Below are positions 42,485-48,403 of a stretch of 48,403 nt of DNA, one piece after another. Both the position numbers and the translations under genes were made by a program. The stretch's first letter is position 1. Each line of letters opens with the position of its first letter. This stretch comes from a virus (Duplodnaviria; Caudoviricetes), in IMG/VR virus record IMGVR_UViG_3300021082_000035, positions 1-48,403 of that record; one strand, given 5' to 3'. The notes beneath the pieces were generated by a model, which ran no database searches, was not told the origin of the DNA, and saw only the letters and a program-made list of their open reading frames with translations.

Positions 42485-45400
42485 TCAGTACGTCACGCTC
42501 GTCATCTTCAGGTCGCCAGTGGTGTCGTCAATGAGCACACTACCTGCCAGTTTGTCGTCCCAGTCACCCGTTACGTCCCACATCTTCGAGCCTGCGCCGA
42601 TGAAGTCGGCCAACTCGAAGGATGAGTTCGGGATGAGGTTGTGACCGCCGGGGATGTGGCCGATAAGCAGGCTGTTGGCGAGGATGCCGTCGGCGTTGAT
42701 GGCCGTAGTCCACGTGGCACCACCGTCGTTGCTGAACTCCAACACGCCATCGAGGAAGCGCATCCTGCGGTTGGTGTTGGTCGGGTCCTGCCAGTACATA
42801 CCCGTGCTGTCAATGCGCCCAATCTCTACGCCTGCACCGTTGTAGACCACGAACACAGGCGGGCTACCGGGTGGCAGCGGTGGCTCAGGCACGGCAGGCT
42901 CACCGATGGACATGTAGCCGGTGGTCATCACACCAGCGTCAATGCCCTCGGTGTCGATGTGCTCAGTGCTGATGCTGCCCAGCGCAATGACCCCACCCGT
43001 GACTTGATTGGGCGTGCCCACCACGGTTGGTCCGTAGGCCGAGCGGTTTTCCGAGAGGTCAACAGCCCTGACCTTCACGTCGTACTTGATGGTGCCTGCA
43101 TCGTTGGCCTGAAGCCCGGTGATAGAGATGAGTGTGGCCCCAGTCTGGATGGTCACAAACGGGTCACTTGTGCCATTGAGCCTGTAACTCACCTCGTAGA
43201 ACGCTAGGTCCGTAGCACCGACGGGTTCCCACGAGATGACAAGTGACCTGATTGCACCGCCCACGGAGAGTCCAGCGGGTACGGGCGGGATGGTGTTGTC
43301 GGTCGCGGCAGTAATGACAGTCGGATCACTGAACCCGGTGAAGTTGCCCATCGTGTCGTACGCACCGACACGCACGGCGTACTGCTCATCAGGCAGCATG
43401 TCCTCGAAGTCGATGGTGGCGTTGGGCGTGGTGGCCATGAGCGCGTGCTGAAAGTCAGCGTCATCTGGTTCCTCGTCCAGTTCCAGATCGACCCGCGCTA
43501 TCTGCACGGCGTAGAGGTCGAAGTTCTCTACGTCGAGAGGGTCCCACTGGGCGGTGACGACTGCGGCCACCGTCCCGTCGTCGCGCAGTACCGTGGCTGA
43601 GGTCAGCATCAGGTTCTCGCCGACCGTCTCCGTCCACTCACCAGCGTTGGAAACGGGGTGTGAGGGGATTAGGTCAGGGTCGGGTGCGGTCGAGTCCTCG
43701 CGTGGCTTGATTGCCAGCGTGAGTTCGTCGTGACCATCCGGTTCAAGGCGGTACTCGACACCCTGAATGGTCCAATACCCAGAGCCGTAGCGCGTTGTGT
43801 CAACAGCACCACGCTGGATTTCCACAGGCACGTTGTCGAGTAGGTTCCAGCCATCGAACACCTCTATGCCTGAGACGCGCAGCCCAAGGGCCACGCTCTT
43901 GCCGAACTTGCCCATCTCCAAGGCCAACTGCTTGACTCGGCGCTGAAGGTCGTTCTCGTCAATGAGGTCATTCCACACCGCAGGCTGGGCCACGTTGCCC
44001 CAGATGCCGGTGTCGATACCCGGTGCGTTGGCCATCTTGAAGCGCGGCTTGACCTCGTTGGTGATACGCCCCACTCCGTAGACCCTTGCCGCCCAGTCGC
44101 CGAGCAAGACCACGCGAAAGCCCTGCACCAGTTCGCCGTAGCGCAGGCGCAGGTTGTCGCGCTCAGTGCCCGCGTTGTTCTTGTAGCGCCACTGGTACGT
44201 GCCATCAGCGGTGCGCTCAGGCCACAGCCGTGACCTCAATCCGGTGCCCTGCTTGGCCGACTGGATCAGCCCAAGGATGAAGCCCAGTCGCTCTCTGAAG
44301 GCGGCGTTGATCGTCACCTTCGAGGGGATCGACTCCATGAGCACGTGGTCAGCAGTAGCCTCGACTTCGATGAAGCCGATGGTGCTGTCCTCTAGGTCGT
44401 GACCTCTTTGCAGTTGGTCCTTGATGACATAGGAAATCGTCTTGTCTATGTACTTCGAGCCGCCGCTGTCGATGCTCTTCTCTGGCTGGTCGGTGGTGAA
44501 GAACGCTGTCTCCACGTTCTTGGACAGCAGGCCCATGTAGTCAAGGCCGTAGAACACCACCTCGTCCTCGTCGGCGTCCATGTCCATGATTACGCCCTCG
44601 AACAAGGGCTTCCAGATGCCGCCGCGATAGAACTCCAAGGCGTAGTGGCGTTGAAGTGGCTCGATTTCCGACGCCTGCGGGTGCATGGTCGGGACAGTGA
44701 AATAGAACTCGCCGACATCATTGGCCACAGTCGAGGCACCGATGTGCTGGGCGTCGTAGATGATGGCTTTGACCTCACCCGGCCCACGGTTGGCGTCCAT
44801 GTCGAAGATGCGGATGCGCACCTTGGACTGCTGGCGGTACTGCGACAGGTAGTCGATGGCCCCGGAGTCGGGCTGGTATGGGTCGGTCAGGGTGACAGTG
44901 GCGTAGTCCCACGCTGACCACGCACCAAGGCTGTCCTGCACCTGTACGCGGTAGGTGTAGGTGCCTGCCTCTAGGCGCTGGCCTCGGTACAACCGGCGAA
45001 CCCGCAGGTTCTCGTGCTCGCTGCTGTTAAGGGCCACTTCACCCGTGTCCCACAGGGTGCCAATATCGTTCGCCCAAGCCGGGTTGCCTTCCGCTTCGGG
45101 CCTGAGTTGAGTTCGCTGCCCGACAACCCTGAGTTGCTGGGGCACAGGAGTGCCGGGCAGGTCCCTCGGTAGGGATGCAAACACCGCACGGACATCAGAG
45201 TTGATGGTCGTGGCGTACTTCCAGAAGGACACACCACCCTTCTGTTCGAGTGCTCTCTCAGCGAAGTAGCGTCTAGTGGGGGCATTGGCCCCACTTCCAT
45301 AAGCACTCATCACCGGGATGTAGGGGAGCGTCAAACCCATGTTGTTGTACTGGTTGAACGCTTGGTTCATCGAGGTGGTCATACCGGCCACCGTGTTCTC

Positions 45401-47602
45401 GGCCTTGGTGTCGGAGTAAATCTGGCCAAGGAACAGGTCGAAGTGGTCGTCCAGCAGCGGGTAGTTCATGTCGGTGTGGAAGTTCACCGTGCCGTATGAC
45501 GAGTAGGCCAGTGGCTTGCCACTCATCACGGCCCGCATCCCAGTCTCGAAGGCGACTAGGTTGGCTTCGGCTGTGACCGGGTGGTCTGATTGGTAGGTTT
45601 TCCACGCCTCTTCGATGTCAACGACAACGCCGCCCCACTTGCCGTTGCCGTCAGCCCAAGCGCCCAGTGCGAGGGTCAGTTCGGCGCTGTCCAACTGCTT
45701 CAGCCACACACCCAGATAGGGAGTGATGCCATTGGCGATGAGGATGTCTAACTTGTCCTCAACGTCGGCGGGCAGTTCGTAGTACGGGCTGTTCCAATCG
45801 AGGCCCATCAAGATCGCGCCGCGCATGTTCATCTCGACCATCAGGTTCACGGCGCTCGTGAAGGCCGGGATGCCCAGTCCCTTCCAGTAGGCCATCCACA
45901 TGGACATCCGTGCGAAGCCTGCGGGGGTGCTCATGCTGTCCGCTATGGCTGGGGTGGCTGGACCTGTGAATGGGCCGCCGAAGTAAACGCCGTCGAGTGT
46001 TTGCTTGGACCCCAGCGAAGTCGCCGACACCGTGGGGGCTGTGTTCGTTATTGAGAAGGCGAGCCAATCGGTCCACTCGCTTTGCTTGCCCGACCTCTTC
46101 GACCGGACTCTGAACCTCCACTCGTAGCCCACTCCGACCACCCATGCGGGTGCCCCCTGAGCCGAGGATGCGGTCGAGAAGATGCCAAGGCTTTCCTCGT
46201 TCGCCGTAGCGAGACGTTCTGCGGGGGTCCATACGTTGCTTCCTCCTGCCCGCTTGACCTGTATCTCAACCTTGCCCAGCACGTCCTCGCCGATGGGCAG
46301 GTTGTACTCGCCCTCGAAGTGGAAGATGTTGGTGTTGATTTCACCGGCAGGGCCAATGGCCTCACCTACCGGGTTGGAACTCTTGGGTGTGTACTCGATG
46401 CGAAGCCGGGGCTGGTAGGCAGTGGTGCCATTCTCACCCGAACCGAACTCCGTTGCCCCGTCGATCTTGTCCGTCCGGGCCATCGTCAGCAGTTGGCCGT
46501 GGTTCGGGTTGCCCTTGCCCTCGCCCAATCCGGCCACTGCCACTCGTGACGGTGCCCACTGCCTCACGTGAGCCATCACGTCGAAGGCCATCCGTGTGCC
46601 AGTCACCTTGGAGCCGACGGCACCAAGCGCGGCGACGTTGGATGAGACTGATGGATTGACCCAATCGCTGCTGTCCCATTCGCCTTCCTCGTTATTGCCC
46701 TCTGCCCAGTCCTGAAGCACGCGCTGCGCACGCAACACAGACTTGTCACCACTGCCAATGAGGTGCGTCGTGCCACCCGGTGCGCCGATCACGGTCAACT
46801 CCAAGTTGGCCGTGTTGATCGTCTCGATGTCGTCGGGGAAGTCCGCGTCGAACTTCAGGAGTGCGTCGTATATCCAGTTGACGACACCGCCAGCGGGGCC
46901 ATACGGGATGCGACCCATCGGCAGGTGTTCATCACGGCCCGACCCCTGCTTGCTCGTACCATCGGGCTTCTTGCGTCGTGACAGGTCCTTGGCGGGCAGC
47001 CACACAGTGACCGGCAGCGAGCCGTCATCGTCATCGTCGTGGTCGTCACCATCCGAGTCGGTGAATGTGTCGATGAGCGCCTTGGCTGCGGCAGAGTCAT
47101 TGAATGAGCGCCGGTAGAACTCATTGCTACCCGTGAGGATGTTGCCCCACGATCCACCACCACCCATGTATAGGTGAGCGAACTCGTGCGCAAAGACCTC
47201 ACTTGCCATCCACTCATACGCTCCCTCGCGCCAGTTGTCATAGCGACCATCTGGCTTCATCAGGGCCATGAGTTGCTGCTTCTCGTTAGAGCCAAGTCGG
47301 TCGGCATCCAACTGGTGGCCCGACTCGTGGGCGATTGTGTAGCGACGGCGGTTGATGTTCTTAGTGGCGTCATTGTCGATGTGCTTCTTGACCATGAGCA
47401 GTCGGCCCGCCCGCCGCTGGCCCCAGATGGGTCGTCCACCGAGTGACCCCAAGTCGCGCACGAAGCGCACGAACATGTCGCCCTTGAAGTCGTCGTAGTC
47501 GTAGGTGAAGTTGTCTACGACATGCTGAACATCAGCCTGCTGGTCGGCGGTCCACCGATAGTTCGCCTCGTCCTTGAAGCGACCAATCTGGGTCAAGCCC
47601 AC
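42485..47602 (-). CDS. Multidomain tail/baseplate protein (zincin, DNRLRE-like, Ig, TIM-barrel glycosidase-like, Tal-like hub, FN3)
   Basis: HESGH..EVFAHE; VVVDIE; hub region ~43690-44830; C-terminal FN3 repeats; downstream of the Dit-like gene. Confidence 0.7.
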   Translation of the reverse strand: MGLTQIGRFKDEANYRWTADQQADVQHVVDNFTYDYDDFKGDMFVRFVRDLGSLGGRPIWGQRRAGRLLMVKKHIDNDATKNINRRRYTIAHESGHQLDADRLGSNEKQQLMALMKPDGRYDNWREGAYEWMASEVFAHEFAHLYMGGGGSWGNILTGSNEFYRRSFNDSAAAKALIDTFTDSDGDDHDDDDDGSLPVTVWLPAKDLSRRKKPDGTSKQGSGRDEHLPMGRIPYGPAGGVVNWIYDALLKFDADFPDDIETINTANLELTVIGAPGGTTHLIGSGDKSVLRAQRVLQDWAEGNNEEGEWDSSDWVNPSVSSNVAALGAVGSKVTGTRMAFDVMAHVRQWAPSRVAVAGLGEGKGNPNHGQLLTMARTDKIDGATEFGSGENGTTAYQPRLRIEYTPKSSNPVGEAIGPAGEINTNIFHFEGEYNLPIGEDVLGKVEIQVKRAGGSNVWTPAERLATANEESLGIFSTASSAQGAPAWVVGVGYEWRFRVRSKRSGKQSEWTDWLAFSITNTAPTVSATSLGSKQTLDGVYFGGPFTGPATPAIADSMSTPAGFARMSMWMAYWKGLGIPAFTSAVNLMVEMNMRGAILMGLDWNSPYYELPADVEDKLDILIANGITPYLGVWLKQLDSAELTLALGAWADGNGKWGGVVVDIEEAWKTYQSDHPVTAEANLVAFETGMRAVMSGKPLAYSSYGTVNFHTDMNYPLLDDHFDLFLGQIYSDTKAENTVAGMTTSMNQAFNQYNNMGLTLPYIPVMSAYGSGANAPTRRYFAERALEQKGGVSFWKYATTINSDVRAVFASLPRDLPGTPVPQQLRVVGQRTQLRPEAEGNPAWANDIGTLWDTGEVALNSSEHENLRVRRLYRGQRLEAGTYTYRVQVQDSLGAWSAWDYATVTLTDPYQPDSGAIDYLSQYRQQSKVRIRIFDMDANRGPGEVKAIIYDAQHIGASTVANDVGEFYFTVPTMHPQASEIEPLQRHYALEFYRGGIWKPLFEGVIMDMDADEDEVVFYGLDYMGLLSKNVETAFFTTDQPEKSIDSGGSKYIDKTISYVIKDQLQRGHDLEDSTIGFIEVEATADHVLMESIPSKVTINAAFRERLGFILGLIQSAKQGTGLRSRLWPERTADGTYQWRYKNNAGTERDNLRLRYGELVQGFRVVLLGDWAARVYGVGRITNEVKPRFKMANAPGIDTGIWGNVAQPAVWNDLIDENDLQRRVKQLALEMGKFGKSVALGLRVSGIEVFDGWNLLDNVPVEIQRGAVDTTRYGSGYWTIQGVEYRLEPDGHDELTLAIKPREDSTAPDPDLIPSHPVSNAGEWTETVGENLMLTSATVLRDDGTVAAVVTAQWDPLDVENFDLYAVQIARVDLELDEEPDDADFQHALMATTPNATIDFEDMLPDEQYAVRVGAYDTMGNFTGFSDPTVITAATDNTIPPVPAGLSVGGAIRSLVISWEPVGATDLAFYEVSYRLNGTSDPFVTIQTGATLISITGLQANDAGTIKYDVKVRAVDLSENRSAYGPTVVGTPNQVTGGVIALGSISTEHIDTEGIDAGVMTTGYMSIGEPAVPEPPLPPGSPPVFVVYNGAGVEIGRIDSTGMYWQDPTNTNRRMRFLDGVLEFSNDGGATWTTAINADGILANSLLIGHIPGGHNLIPNSSFELADFIGAGSKMWDVTGDWDDKLAGSVLIDDTTGDLKMTSVTY

Positions 47603-48403
47603 GCCTCCCAGAAGAAGAAGCGCGACTGGCTATTGACCAACTTGGTTACGCCTGCGATGTCCTTGCTGGTCCACGAGAATGAGGACTGACCGGCTGGCAC
47701 GAGTGGATGCTGAAGCCCCGAAGGGAACTCCAACAGGTCCATACGCAGCACTTCGACGCCTTCCTCTTCGAGCACAGCCCACTTCTCCACGCCGTCGTAG
47801 CGCAGCACTCGGTCGGTTCCCGATGGACCGGGCACCGTGAGTTTGACCACGGAGCCGAACGCGGTGAGTTCAATGACCCGATCCGCTGATCCTGAGCCGA
47901 CGAACATCTCGACCTTCAGCGGTGCGGGATAGGCACCACGGTTGATGACCGTGCCAGAGCCAGCGTTGGTGTTGCCAGTGGCGTCAAAGAACACCTCGAC
48001 GGGCGACTGGGCGTAGATGCGTGGGTCACGGGCTTCCATCATCACGTCCCACGAGATGCTGAAGCCGAAGTTGCTGACGCCGCCCACCTTGTCGCGGGAG
48101 ATGTGCGTTCGAGGTGTGCCAAGTGGCCTCATTCGCATCATCTTCTCGATGAAGCCTTCGGGGTAGTTGGTTAGATCAAGAGTGGCGTCCTCGAAGTTCA
48201 GCGGCAGGTAGCCCAAGTCTCCCGGCCCCTCGGCGAAGGCTGCCGTCGGGCTAAGGGCAGCGCGGAACTCAGCGAGTGTGTCAAAGAGGTCACCGCGAGT
48301 CTTGCCGTACAGCGTGCCAGCCAATCTGACTGTGCGCCCACCGAGAAAGACATCACTGGCGTCGAGGCCACCGGACTTTGACGGCTTCTGGCGGTAGCCA
48401 TAG
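47593..48403 (-). CDS. Distal-tail (Dit-like) protein, C-terminal part
   Basis: RTVRLAG, MEARDPRIY, VINRGAYPAP; open to the window end and continues into 169..1. Confidence 0.7.
   Translation of the reverse strand, partial: YGYRQKPSKSGGLDASDVFLGGRTVRLAGTLYGKTRGDLFDTLAEFRAALSPTAAFAEGPGDLGYLPLNFEDATLDLTNYPEGFIEKMMRMRPLGTPRTHISRDKVGGVSNFGFSISWDVMMEARDPRIYAQSPVEVFFDATGNTNAGSGTVINRGAYPAPLKVEMFVGSGSADRVIELTAFGSVVKLTVPGPSGTDRVLRYDGVEKWAVLEEEGVEVLRMDLLEFPSGLQHPLVPAGQSSFSWTSKDIAGVTKLVNSQSRFFFWEAWA
48357..48403. repeat. Terminal overlap with 1-47
   Basis: 43/47 identity. Confidence 0.95.

Noticed and set aside
48357-48403. Biological direct terminal repeat or DGR template/variable pair
   Set aside because: It lies mid-gene exactly at the contig ends, the mismatches are not adenine-specific, and there is no reverse transcriptase.

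Overview
The window is an apparently complete, circularly permuted tailed-phage genome of about 48.36 kb with high GC. The first and last 47 nt overlap with 4 mismatches, and one tail gene reads across the join. Two large units diverge from a non-coding control region (19585-20514) and converge on paired terminators (36173-36249). The minus-strand unit holds terminase, portal, two large ejection-type proteins (one a 2935-aa polyvalent protein), scaffold, N4-gp56-like capsid, adaptor, tail proteins and a lysis-like cassette. The plus-strand unit holds a MoxR-type AAA + zincin/VWA pair, many small accessory genes, an ART-fold protein, RusA, a LexA-type DNA-binding domain, a PD-(D/E)XK nuclease, a Rad52/Sak annealase, primase and helicase. 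I recognised no integrase, DNA polymerase, tape measure, tail tube or classical endolysin. The main highlights are: (1) five intergenic GAAC-N4-GTTC SOS boxes, three at an identical position inside TTGACA/TAnnnT promoters, plus a protease-less mini-LexA; (2) a zincin domain duplicated between the tail tip and the gene next to the holin; (3) a 31-aa classical C2H2 zinc-finger microprotein missed by the ORF track; (4) a second palindrome family, TAACC-N7-9-GGTTA, and a structured intergenic RNA candidate. All protein calls come from motif recognition by eye, not database searches.
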